The translations under genes and the position numbers were made by a program. From an uncultured candidatus Porisulfidus sp. (lineage in GTDB: Bacteria; Pseudomonadota; Gammaproteobacteria; Poriferisulfidales; Oxydemutatoraceae), in contig OZ244118.1 of the NCBI GenBank assembly GCA_965215765.1, positions 1,773,309 to 1,837,308 of the forward strand: DNA of 64,000 nt, given 5' to 3'. The notes beneath the pieces were generated by a model. The model had not been told where the DNA came from. It saw nothing but the letters and a program-made list of their open reading frames with translations, and did no database searches. Position 1 is the first letter of the stretch, and the number at the start of each line of letters is the position of its first letter. Below, in pieces: positions 33,031 through 42,829 of the stretch.

Positions 33031-36000
33031 CTAACGAACCGCTCCACCGAGATATCCGCGCAAGCGCAATCTCACCCTGTCAGCTGCAGATGTACCTCCT
33101 GTCGTAAATCCTTCTTCATGTGTGCCACCTGGCCCCACCGCATTTTGTACAAATGCCACTATCTGATATCGAGTTCCCGCCTTAAGGCCGTTCAAGACAA
33201 GCGTCACCGATGTTGCGGTTGTGGTCTCTGTCATACTCGAAACCGAGTTGCCGCCACCATCAATAACGCTGACAACATAAGCAAAATCCAGTTCAACCTT
33301 GTCAACAATGGAACCGTAGGTGGTTGTGTCCGTTGCCTTCCTGCCATAACCATCGTTATCAGTGGCGTTGACTGTCACCCGAACCGTGGTGACCCCCGTC
33401 GTAACCTGAACCTGAGTAGCAGCTAACGTACCCGGTACATCCAGAAGCGTAAATTCGGCAACAGACGGAACCCCGTCACCTATAGCATTGATCGCCCGCA
33501 CCGAATAAGGGATTTTGTCCCCACCCCGAGAGATGCTGCGTATGCTGCTTAACACCGTGGAGTCAACGACACGCATCGTGGAGTCAGAATCAAGCCGTGT
33601 CGTTGATTCCGCCTCCGTACTACCACCAACTGTCACCACATACGCCGTAATTGTGGACCCACCGTGATGTGGTGCTGTCCAACTCAACACCAGACGTTGT
33701 GTGCCCTCCCAGACCGAAGCAATCACTGGTGCTTCTGGCACCCCGACACCGGTCGTAAATCCTCCTTCATTCGCGCCACCTGATCCCACCGCATTTTGTA
33801 CAAGTGTCACTATCCGGTATTGTGTCCCTGCCCTAAGTCCAGCCAAGTCAATCATCACCGATGCCTCGGTTGTGACCCTGGTCATACTCGAAACCGAGTT
33901 GCCGCCACCATCAATAACGCTGACAACATAAGCAAAGTTCAGATCAACCTTGTCAACAATGGAACCGTAGGTGGTCGTGTCCGTTGCCTTCCTGCCATAA
34001 CCATCGTTGTCAGGGGCGTTGACAGTCACCCGAACCGTGGTGACCCCCGTCGTAACCTGAACCTGAGTAGCAGTTAACGTGCCCGGTACATCCAGAAGCG
34101 TAAATTCGGCAACAGACGTAACCCCGTCACCTATGGCATTGATCGCCCGCACCGAATAAGGGATTTTGTCCCCACCCCGAGAGATGCTGCGTATGCTGCT
34201 TAACACCGTGGAGTCAACGACACGCATCGTGGAGTCAGAATCAAGCCGTGTCGTTGATTCCGCCTCCGTACTACCACCAACTGTCACCTCATAACCCATA
34301 ATTGTGGATCCACCGTGATGTGGTGCTGTCCAACTCAACACCAGACGTTGTGTGCCCTCCCAGACCGAAGCAATCACTGGTGCTTCTGGCACCCCGGCAC
34401 CGGTCGTAAATCCCCCTTCATACGCGACACCTGCTCCCACTACGTTTTGTACAAATGTCACTATCCGGTATTGAGTTCCTGCCCTAAGTCCAGCCAAGTC
34501 AATCATCACCGATGCCTCGGTTGTGACCCTGGTCATACTCGAAACCGAGTTGCCGCCACCATCAATAACGCTGACAACATAAGCAAAGTTCAGATCAACC
34601 TTGTCAACAATGGAACCGTAGGTGGTCGTGTCCGTTGCCTTCCTGCCATAACCATCGTTGTCAGGGGCGTTGACAGTCACCCGAACCGTGGTGACCCCCG
34701 TCGTAACCTGAACCTGAGTAGCAGCTAACGTACCCGGTACATCCAGAAGCGTAAATTCGGCAACAGACGTAACCCCGTCACCTATGGCATTGATCGCCCG
34801 CACCGAATAAGGGATTTTGTCCCCACCCCGAGAGATGCTGCGTATGCTGCTTAACACCGTGGAGTCAACGACACGCATCGTGGAGTCAGAATCAAGCCGT
34901 GTCGTTGATTCCGCCTCCGTACTACCACCAACTGTCACCTCATAACCCATAATTGTGGATCCACCGTGATGTGGTGCTGTCCAACTCAACACCAGACGTT
35001 GTGTGCCCTCCCAGACCGAAGCAATCACTGGTGCTTCTGGCACCCCGGCACCGGTCGTAAATCCCCCTTCATACGCGACACCTGCTCCCACTACGTTTTG
35101 TACAAATGTCACTATCCGGTATTGAGTTCCTGCCCTAAGTCCAGCCAAGTCAATCATCACCGATGCCTCGGTTGTGACCCTGGTCATACTCGAAACCGAG
35201 TTGCCGCCACCATCAATAACGCTGACAACATAAGCAAAGTTCAGATCAACCTTGTCAACAATGGAACCGTAGGTGGTCGTGTCCGTTGCCTTCCTGCCAT
35301 AACCATCGTTGTCAGGGGCGTTGACAGTCACCCGAACCGTGGTGACCCCCGTCGTAACCTGAACCTGAGTAGCAGCTAACGTACCCGGTACATCCAGAAG
35401 CGTAAATTCGGCAACAGACGTAACCCCGTCACCTATGGCATTGATCGCCCGCACCGAATAAGGGATTTTGTCCCCACCCCGAGAGATGCTGCGTATGCTG
35501 CTTAACACCGTGGAGTCAACGACACGCATCGTGGAGTCAGAATCAAGCCGTGTCGTTGATTCCGCCTCCGTACTACCACCAACTGTCACCTCATACGCCG
35601 TAATGGTGGACCCACCGTCGTATGGTGCTGTCCAACTCAACACCAGACGTTGTGTGCCCTCCCAGACCGAAGCAATCACTGGTACTTCTGGCACCCCGGC
35701 ACCGGTCGTAAATCCCCCTTCATACGCGCCACCTGCTCCCACTACGTTTTGTACAAATGTCACTATCCGGTATTGAGTTCCTGCCCTAAGTCCAGCCAAG
35801 TCAATCATCACCGATGCCTCGGTTGTGACCCTGGTCATACTCGAAACCGAGTTGCCGCCACCATCAATAACGCTGACAACATAAGCAAAGTTCAGATCAA
35901 CCTTGTCAACAATGGAACCGTAGGTGGTCGTGTCCGTTGCCTTCCTGCCATAACCATCGTTGTCAGGGGCGTTGACAGTCACCCGAATCGTGGTGACCCC

Positions 36001-37929
36001 CGTCGTAACCTGAACCTGAGTAGCAGCTAACGTACCCGGTACATCCAGCAAAATAAAACTTCCTAAAAGCGGAGGACTCACTATCTCCGTCACTATCTGC
36101 GTATTCTCGTTGCCGTCACCACTTGGAGAATTCACAACTCTCGTCTCGCTACTGACGCGCACCGTATAAGAAACCGAGTCACCTCCCGCAAGATTTCCGC
36201 GTAGTTCCCGAGAAAGGTCGCCCAACTCAAAATTTGGTGAACGAGCTAACAGGACTGTCGAACTTTCACCCACCTCCAACCCCAGCTCATAGTAGGTCAC
36301 ATCAGGGGTACTCGCCGATCGCAGAACCAGGCTGTTTGTCGTACTCCATTCAAGCGACACGTCTGTTGGCACAGCAGGTATCCGGGTCAGTGCTTTTAGT
36401 ACTGGCAACGTATGAGTACTGCCGAAATACCAAATATCAGAATCCCAGCCAGCGAAAGTTTCGGGTTCGCCTTCGGCACAGAAGCGCGAAGAAGCGGTGG
36501 GACACCGAAGTTGCAACAAAGTACGAGTTGAGCTTCCGGTAATCGTTCCTGAATTGTCACCAGTAAGTGTCGTAGGAATTTCCCCATTAACCGTGCCCGC
36601 CGCATAACTGCCTTCAATGGTTCCGCCTTGTTCCACACTTTGAATGTCGGCTCCGGCTTGACCGTTGAGCCCAACAAAAATACTTAAGCCGGTCAACGCC
36701 GACGGGTTTCTTGGTGTCACAACGCTGTACGCATAGCTATTGCTGATGGTGCTTTGGTTTACACCCACAAGGCCCCCGACCGAGCCGTCTCCCCCAACCC
36801 TGACCCAAGCGTAGCTGTTCTCTACAAGAGCACCTTCCCGGACATGACCCACAAGGCCTCCAACCTCATAATCTCTCTCCGGGTCCCCAACAACCCCCGT
36901 CGCATAAGACTGCCTAATAACGCCACCTTTTATGAGATGACCCACAAGGCCACCCAACTCTTTTCCTCCATCTTCTTCCGACCCTGTAACTACAATTCCA
37001 ATTGCCTCGCTTCCCTGAATTCCACCTCCCACGGAGCCAGCCACGCCACCTCCCTCACGTTCTGCTCCTATCGTGGAATCTGTCACACGCACGGTGGAGA
37101 TACGAGCATCAGCCAGGTAACCCGCAACACCGCCAACCTCTGCCTGCCCTGTTATCGTGGAAGCCGTCACGCGCGCAGCGGAGAGGGAGGCGCCAATTCC
37201 GCTAAACTCCCCTATAACACCGCCTACCAGCTCGCCTCCTGCCACCACAGAGTTCGTCACTGCGATGTCGGATATTGTGCCATGTAGTGCACGACCTGCG
37301 AGAGTGCCCACTCTGGTGCGCCCAGTGGAGCTTCCTGTCACTACAGAACCTGTCACTGTGATTCCGGATATTGTGCTTTGTAGTGCATGACCTGCGAGAA
37401 TGCCCACTCTGGTTCTTCCTGTCACTTTGGCTGTGGAAAAAGTCAAGTTCTTGATATCAGCAGTATGAGAGAAGGCAAACAAACCCACACCCTCTTCAAC
37501 GGGGCGGTCAATGAACAAGTTGGAAATTCGGTAACCCCCACCATCAAAAGCCCCGGAAAAACCTGGGCTGTCTGGACTGTCGGTTCGTAGCCCGGTGGTG
37601 CTGTAGGTGGCTCCAATGGGGGCAAAACCCTTATCACCGTTCAAATCCTTGGTGGTACTCGCGTCAATGTCGGTCACTAGCACGTAGTGCGCTGTCAGGG
37701 TTGTGATGTTTTGCAGCTGCTGAATATTGCAGATCTTATAGGGATTAGTTTCAATCCCGGCACCTGCATTGGGTTTCAAACTACCGGAGTCGCACGGGGT
37801 AATGTCTTGCGCGAAAAGCCCGGTACTCAGGGTCAGGCAAACCGTCAGCAGCACAAGCCTGCACCACGCTTCAGACGCACTCTGCACGTAGAAAGATTTG
37901 CTTTCAAAGTAACGATAACTCCCATTCAT
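33031..37929 (-). CDS. secreted GLUG/beta-helix + tandem Fn3 repeat protein (adhesin C)
   Basis: Same architecture with ~4.5 copies of a 217-aa unit. GAGG precedes ATG37929. Confidence 0.85.
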   Translation of the reverse strand: MNGSYRYFESKSFYVQSASEAWCRLVLLTVCLTLSTGLFAQDITPCDSGSLKPNAGAGIETNPYKICNIQQLQNITTLTAHYVLVTDIDASTTKDLNGDKGFAPIGATYSTTGLRTDSPDSPGFSGAFDGGGYRISNLFIDRPVEEGVGLFAFSHTADIKNLTFSTAKVTGRTRVGILAGHALQSTISGITVTGSVVTGSSTGRTRVGTLAGRALHGTISDIAVTNSVVAGGELVGGVIGEFSGIGASLSAARVTASTITGQAEVGGVAGYLADARISTVRVTDSTIGAEREGGGVAGSVGGGIQGSEAIGIVVTGSEEDGGKELGGLVGHLIKGGVIRQSYATGVVGDPERDYEVGGLVGHVREGALVENSYAWVRVGGDGSVGGLVGVNQSTISNSYAYSVVTPRNPSALTGLSIFVGLNGQAGADIQSVEQGGTIEGSYAAGTVNGEIPTTLTGDNSGTITGSSTRTLLQLRCPTASSRFCAEGEPETFAGWDSDIWYFGSTHTLPVLKALTRIPAVPTDVSLEWSTTNSLVLRSASTPDVTYYELGLEVGESSTVLLARSPNFELGDLSRELRGNLAGGDSVSYTVRVSSETRVVNSPSGDGNENTQIVTEIVSPPLLGSFILLDVPGTLAATQVQVTTGVTTIRVTVNAPDNDGYGRKATDTTTYGSIVDKVDLNFAYVVSVIDGGGNSVSSMTRVTTEASVMIDLAGLRAGTQYRIVTFVQNVVGAGGAYEGGFTTGAGVPEVPVIASVWEGTQRLVLSWTAPYDGGSTITAYEVTVGGSTEAESTTRLDSDSTMRVVDSTVLSSIRSISRGGDKIPYSVRAINAIGDGVTSVAEFTLLDVPGTLAATQVQVTTGVTTVRVTVNAPDNDGYGRKATDTTTYGSIVDKVDLNFAYVVSVIDGGGNSVSSMTRVTTEASVMIDLAGLRAGTQYRIVTFVQNVVGAGVAYEGGFTTGAGVPEAPVIASVWEGTQRLVLSWTAPHHGGSTIMGYEVTVGGSTEAESTTRLDSDSTMRVVDSTVLSSIRSISRGGDKIPYSVRAINAIGDGVTSVAEFTLLDVPGTLAATQVQVTTGVTTVRVTVNAPDNDGYGRKATDTTTYGSIVDKVDLNFAYVVSVIDGGGNSVSSMTRVTTEASVMIDLAGLRAGTQYRIVTFVQNVVGAGVAYEGGFTTGAGVPEAPVIASVWEGTQRLVLSWTAPHHGGSTIMGYEVTVGGSTEAESTTRLDSDSTMRVVDSTVLSSIRSISRGGDKIPYSVRAINAIGDGVTSVAEFTLLDVPGTLTATQVQVTTGVTTVRVTVNAPDNDGYGRKATDTTTYGSIVDKVDLNFAYVVSVIDGGGNSVSSMTRVTTEASVMIDLAGLRAGTQYRIVTLVQNAVGSGGANEGGFTTGVGVPEAPVIASVWEGTQRLVLSWTAPHHGGSTITAYVVTVGGSTEAESTTRLDSDSTMRVVDSTVLSSIRSISRGGDKIPYSVRAINAIGDGVPSVAEFTLLDVPGTLAATQVQVTTGVTTVRVTVNATDNDGYGRKATDTTTYGSIVDKVELDFAYVVSVIDGGGNSVSSMTETTTATSVTLVLNGLKAGTRYQIVAFVQNAVGPGGTHEEGFTTGGTSAADRVRLRLRGYLGGAVR
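33100..36050. repeat. intragenic 651-bp tandem repeat, ~4.5 copies
   Basis: cgt(a/g)cccggtacatccag recurs at ~33427, 34078, 34729, 35380 and 36031 (period 651). Confidence 0.95.
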
Positions 37930-38326
37930 TAACGATTTCCTCAAGGTCTCAAACAGCGCAACTGGAAAAGGCAACTTTACCAACTTTTGCGATTTTCGTG
38001 GTTAAAAATAAATGCGTACTCACAAGAAGGGGTACCCCCCAATCAATTCTGTTGAGCCAGCACCCGAATAGTACCAAAGGTCAGGCCAAGACACCACCTT
38101 CTCATCAGGATGAATGCATAAGTACCCGTACACCGACCCCCGGTTTTTTTCCTGACTTGGCAGCCCTGCCTGAAGCTTGCTTTTAGCCAGAAATTTGGGT
38201 CAGCCACTGTCGGCGGCGCTCCTCCCCCGTTGAAAGAAGCTGTGAAACCAAGTTCTGGGTGGTTCAAAACATGAGCTCCTACGTGCCTGAAAAAACCTTG
38301 CCCGAAACAAGACTGACCATAGACAA
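37930..38326. repeat. conserved intergenic module between adhesin genes (copy 3)
   Basis: Direct sequence similarity to copies 1 and 2. Confidence 0.9.
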
Positions 38327-40412
38327 CTAACGAACCGCGCCACCGAGATATCCGCGCAAGCGCAATCTCACCCTGTCAGCTGCAGATGTACCTCCTGTCG
38401 TAAATTCCTCTTCATGCATAGCACCTGACCCCACCGCATTTTGTACAAATGCCTCTACCGCATATCGAGTCTCTGGCTCAAGCCCCCCCAAGGCAAGCGT
38501 CACCGATGTTGCGGTTGTGGCCTTGGTCATACTCGGAACCGAGTTGCCATTAATAACATCCGTAACCTTGACAACATAGGCAAAATTCAGTGCAACCTTG
38601 TCAACAATAGAACCGTAGGTGGTCGTGTTCGTTGCCTTCCTGCCATAACCATCGTTGTCGGGGGCGTAGGCTGTCACCCGCACCGTGGTGATCCCCGCCG
38701 TAACCCGAACCTGAGTAACAGTTAACGTGCCCGGAACAGCCAAGAGAGTAAATGTACCGGTATACAGGCTCCCAGTGCCCTCAGCATTTTCTGCCCGCAC
38801 TGAATAAGGGATTTTGTCCCCACCCGCAGACACGCTGCGTATGCTACGTAACACCGTGGAGTCAACGACAAGCATCGTGGAGGCAGAATCCAGCCGTGTC
38901 GTCAATTTCGCCACCGTATCACCACCGACTGTCACCACATACGCCGTAATGGCAGATCCACCATCGTCTGGCACTTTCCAACTCAGCACCAGACTCTGCG
39001 TACTCTCCTAGACCGAAGCTGTCACTGATGGTGCCAGCACCCCGGGCACCTCAGCAGTGCCCGTAAAAAATCCTGCCAGTGCAGCACCGGCACCCACCGC
39101 GTTTCGTACCCTGGCCTCCAGCTGATAGTCTGCCACTCGCACCAGATCAAGCCCGGCAAAGGTCACGGATGTTGAGGTCGTCTGCGTACTGTCCAGCACG
39201 TCACCGCCGCTAATCACGCTCACCACATAGACCAAATTCAGATCAACATCATCAACTTGCACACCGTGCCCGGCTACCCCTGCCGTACGCCCATATCCGT
39301 CGTTGTCCAGACCGCTGACCGTCACCCGCACGGTGCTGGCTCCAATCTCGACAGTGCTCACCGCAGTCGGCGTACCCGGCACGTTCAGCAACCTGAATGT
39401 CCCACTCGCCGTACTCCCGAAACCGGCCGCATTTTCTGCCCGCACCGTATAGGCGATGTTCTCCCCACCCGCAGACACGCTGCGCAACGTCGTCGGATCA
39501 AAGTCAAGACTCGTGGAGTTGGAGTTCATCTGTACCATCGACTCACCGCCGACTCTCACCTCATAATCCGTAATCGCCGAGCCGCCTTCCGCCTCCGGTG
39601 CTGTCCAACTCAGCACCAGACGTTGCGTGCCCGCCCAACGCGCAGCCACAAGTCCCGGGTCCCCGGGCACCTTGGCGATCGTAAAGGCTCCCGTCTGCGC
39701 AGCACCGGCACCCACCGCGTTTCGTACCCTGGCCTCCAGCTGATAGTCTGCCACTCGCACCAGATCAAGCCCGGCAAAGGTCACGGATGTTGAGGTCGTC
39801 TGCGTACTGTCCAGCACGTCACCGCCGCTAATCACGCTCACCACATAGACCAAATTCAGATCAACATCATCAACTTGCACACCGTGCCCGACTACCCCTG
39901 CCGTACGCCCATATCCGTCGTTGTCCAGACCGCTGACCGTCACCCGCACGGTGCTGGCTCCAATCTCGACAGCGCTCACCGCAGTCGGCGTACCCGGTAC
40001 ATCCAGCAAGGTAAATGTCCCGCTCGCCACACTCCCGGAACCGACCGCATTGAGTGCCCGCACCGTGTAAGTGATGTCCTCCCCACCCACAGAGACGCTA
40101 CGCAACGTCATCGGATCAAAGTCAAGACTCGTGGAGTTGGGTCTCAGCTGTATCGGCAACCCATCGCCGACGCTCACCTCGTAGCCCAATCGCCGAGCCG
40201 CCGTCCGCCTCCGGCGCACTCCAGCTCAGCACCAGACGCTCCGTACCCGCCCAACGCGCATCTATAAGTTCCAGCTCCCCAGGAACCACGGTATTTGTGG
40301 AACCTTGCGCGAAAAGTCCGGTACTCAGGGTCAGGCAAACCGTCAGCAATACAAGGCTGCACCACGCTTCAGGCACGCTCCGCACACAGGAAGTTTTTCC
40401 TTGTCTTTTCAC
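38327..40412 (-). pseudogene. Fn3-only adhesin paralog D, disrupted (frameshift near 40187, TGG>TAG at 39008-39010)
   Basis: Split over three ORFs (40122-40559, 39008-40219, 38327-38989). Same signal peptide and C-terminus as A-C. Internal 618-bp repeat (matching positions 39081 and 39699). Confidence 0.82.
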
Positions 40413-40462
40413 CGGCGGTTTTTCCCGAGTTCTCTGACGGCGCAACTGAAAAAAGCGGCTTT

Positions 40463-40506
40463 TACCAACTTTCGCGATTTTTGCGCCTTTCGCGGTTAAA
40501 AATAAA
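40463..40506 (-). promoter_or_regulatory. 44-bp shared upstream motif TTTATTTTTAACCGCGAAAGGCGCAAAAATCGCGAAAGTTGGTA (function unknown)
   Basis: 41/44 identical to 54678-54721 (+). Variants at ~29330-29373, ~32697-32714, ~37978-38012 (-) and ~46633-46667, ~47830-47858, ~53536-53570 (+). Confidence 0.55.
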
Positions 40507-41069
40507 CGCAAGCTCACCAGATAGTGCGTACGCCCCAATCGATTCTGTTGAGTCAGCATCCGTATAGTACTAAAGGCCAGACTAAAATATCACCTTTTCA
40601 TCAGGGTGAGTGCATAAGTACCCGTATCCCACGAGCGACGCCCCGTAAGCCGCATTGCCCCCAAACATATCTGCACGGCACCTGAATCCAAACCCGGCTC
40701 CACAACCGCCCGGACTTTTGGAAAAAAGGCAGCGTTGAGCCGCAAAAGTGCTTCAGAAGACTATGCCGACAGCCAAACGCCATACGCCGTTTTCTGCTTG
40801 GCAGCACCGGTTGGAACTGAACCGGGCATACGTTGATGTGCGGTTGTTTTCCAATAGACAGCTTGCTAGCATTACCGATCAAATACGGTAGGTCGTGTGG
40901 TACGTTATGCGGGATGGAATGATGAAACCCGCATTTAGGAAATAGGGGTGCTGGCAAGCGGTTCACACAGAAATCCCCCGATTTTTTTCCTGACAGAGTT
41001 GTCCCTCAGCCAGTTTGCTGTGGGCAGCGTTTTGTATTTATTTTTAATGAGGTAAACGAAATAACAAAA

Positions 41070-41387
41070 ATGATAGTTCATGTCACTGACGAAACTTTTG
41101 AGGAGCAGGTGCTCAAGTCCGACCTGCCTGCCCTTGTGGATTTTTGGGCTGAGTGGTGCGGCCCTTGCAAGTCGATCGCCAAAATTCTCGTGGAGGCGGA
41201 CAAAGAATACGAAGGCAAACTGAAAGTCTTCAAATTGGACGTCGATGAAAATAAAAAGAGCCCGGAAAGATACGGCGTCCGGGGCATTCCAACCTTGATA
41301 ATTTTCAAAAACGGAGAACGTGTTGCGACACAGGTGGGCGCTGTGACCAAATCACAGTTGGTGGCTTTTATTGCCCAAGCCATCTGA
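41070..41387 (+). CDS. trxA: thioredoxin
   Basis: VDFWAEWCGPCK, YGVRGIPTL; lies upstream of rho. Confidence 0.97.
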   Translation: MIVHVTDETFEEQVLKSDLPALVDFWAEWCGPCKSIAKILVEADKEYEGKLKVFKLDVDENKKSPERYGVRGIPTLIIFKNGERVATQVGAVTKSQLVAFIAQAI

Positions 41388-41554
41388 GCCCCCTGACCGC
41401 ACCGCTCAGAAAACATGCTACAATCCCTCTGCCGGTGCTCCCAAACGCCGGCAGAGGGTTGCACCTCCGAAAAGCAACGAGGTTGCACTAACGTTCGGAC
41501 AAGGCTCTCATCTCAATCCCATCTACATTCGACCAAGAGGTGGTTGCATACGCA

Positions 41555-42811
41555 ATGAATCTGACAGAACTTAAAAAACAGCCAGCACCGCAGTTGCTGG
41601 CAATGGCGGAAAAACTAGGAATAGAGGATCTTTCAAGGGCTCGCCGACAGGATATTGTCTTTTCAATCCTGAGAGCCACCTCACAAAATCGGGAAGATAT
41701 TACTGGCGACGGGGTTCTGGAAATACTGCAGAACGGGTTTGGATTTTTACGTTCAGAAGGGGGTTCATACCTGGCTGGACCTGACGATATTTATATATCT
41801 CCCAGTCAAATCAGACGCTTCGGCTTGCGCACTGGCGACACCGTATCGGGTCGGGTGCGTCCACCCAAGGAAGACGAGCGCTACTTTGCAATGCTGAAAG
41901 TGCAGACTGTCAATGGCGAGCAATCGGAAAACGCCCAGAACAAAATTCTGTTTGAAAACCTGACCCCGCTGCACCCCGAAGAAATGCTCACGCTGGAACG
42001 TGGCAACGGTAGCAAGGAAGACATAACTGCCCGCATCATCGATATCGTGGCACCTATTGGCAGAGGGCAGAGAGGGCTGATTGTTTCTCCGCCGAAAGCT
42101 GGAAAAACCATCATGTTGCAAAACATTGCCCAGAGCATCGCTTCCAATGCCCCGGAATGCTACTTGATCGTGTTGCTGATAGACGAGCGGCCCGAAGAAG
42201 TCACGGAAATGGCTCGCATGGTGAATGGAGAGGTCGTTTCCAGTACTTTTGACGAACCCGCCTCACGGCACGTGCAGGTGTCGGACATGGTGATCGAAAA
42301 AGCCAAACGGTTGACAGAGCACAAACGCGATGTCGTGATTCTGCTGGATTCGATAACCCGTCTGGCAAGAGCGCATAACACCGTATCGCCGGCTTCGGGG
42401 AAAATATTAACCGGCGGCGTGGATGCCAACGCACTGCACCGCCCAAAACGCTTTTTTGGTGCCGCGCGAAACCTGGAGGAAGGTGGAAGCCTGACCATCA
42501 TCGCCACAGCACTCGTTGATACCGGGTCGAAAATGGACGAGGTCATTTACGAGGAATTCAAAGGCACCGGGAATATGGAAATTCACCTTGACCGCCGAAT
42601 TACCGAACGCCGGGTTTTCCCGGGGATCAACATCAACCGTTCCGGCACCCGGCGCGAGGAATTGCTCGTTGAGCCGGACGAGTTACAGAAAATCAGAGTG
42701 TTAAGAAAGTTCCTGAACCAAATGGACGAATGCGAAGCCATGGAGTTCATGCTGAAAAAGCTTCAAGCCACCAAGACCAACAAAGAGTTTTTTGAAGCAA
42801 TGACTCGCTGA
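41555..42811 (+). CDS. rho: transcription termination factor Rho
   Basis: [67 protein letters not shown]. Confidence 0.99.
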   Translation: MNLTELKKQPAPQLLAMAEKLGIEDLSRARRQDIVFSILRATSQNREDITGDGVLEILQNGFGFLRSEGGSYLAGPDDIYISPSQIRRFGLRTGDTVSGRVRPPKEDERYFAMLKVQTVNGEQSENAQNKILFENLTPLHPEEMLTLERGNGSKEDITARIIDIVAPIGRGQRGLIVSPPKAGKTIMLQNIAQSIASNAPECYLIVLLIDERPEEVTEMARMVNGEVVSSTFDEPASRHVQVSDMVIEKAKRLTEHKRDVVILLDSITRLARAHNTVSPASGKILTGGVDANALHRPKRFFGAARNLEEGGSLTIIATALVDTGSKMDEVIYEEFKGTGNMEIHLDRRITERRVFPGININRSGTRREELLVEPDELQKIRVLRKFLNQMDECEAMEFMLKKLQATKTNKEFFEAMTR

Positions 42812-42829
42812 GCCCGCCTTCTTCAGGCT

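Noticed and set aside
22871-40412. CRISPR array among the regular repeats
   Set aside because: The repeats are 400-651 bp coding or intergenic modules with no short repeat-unique spacer structure, and there are no cas genes.
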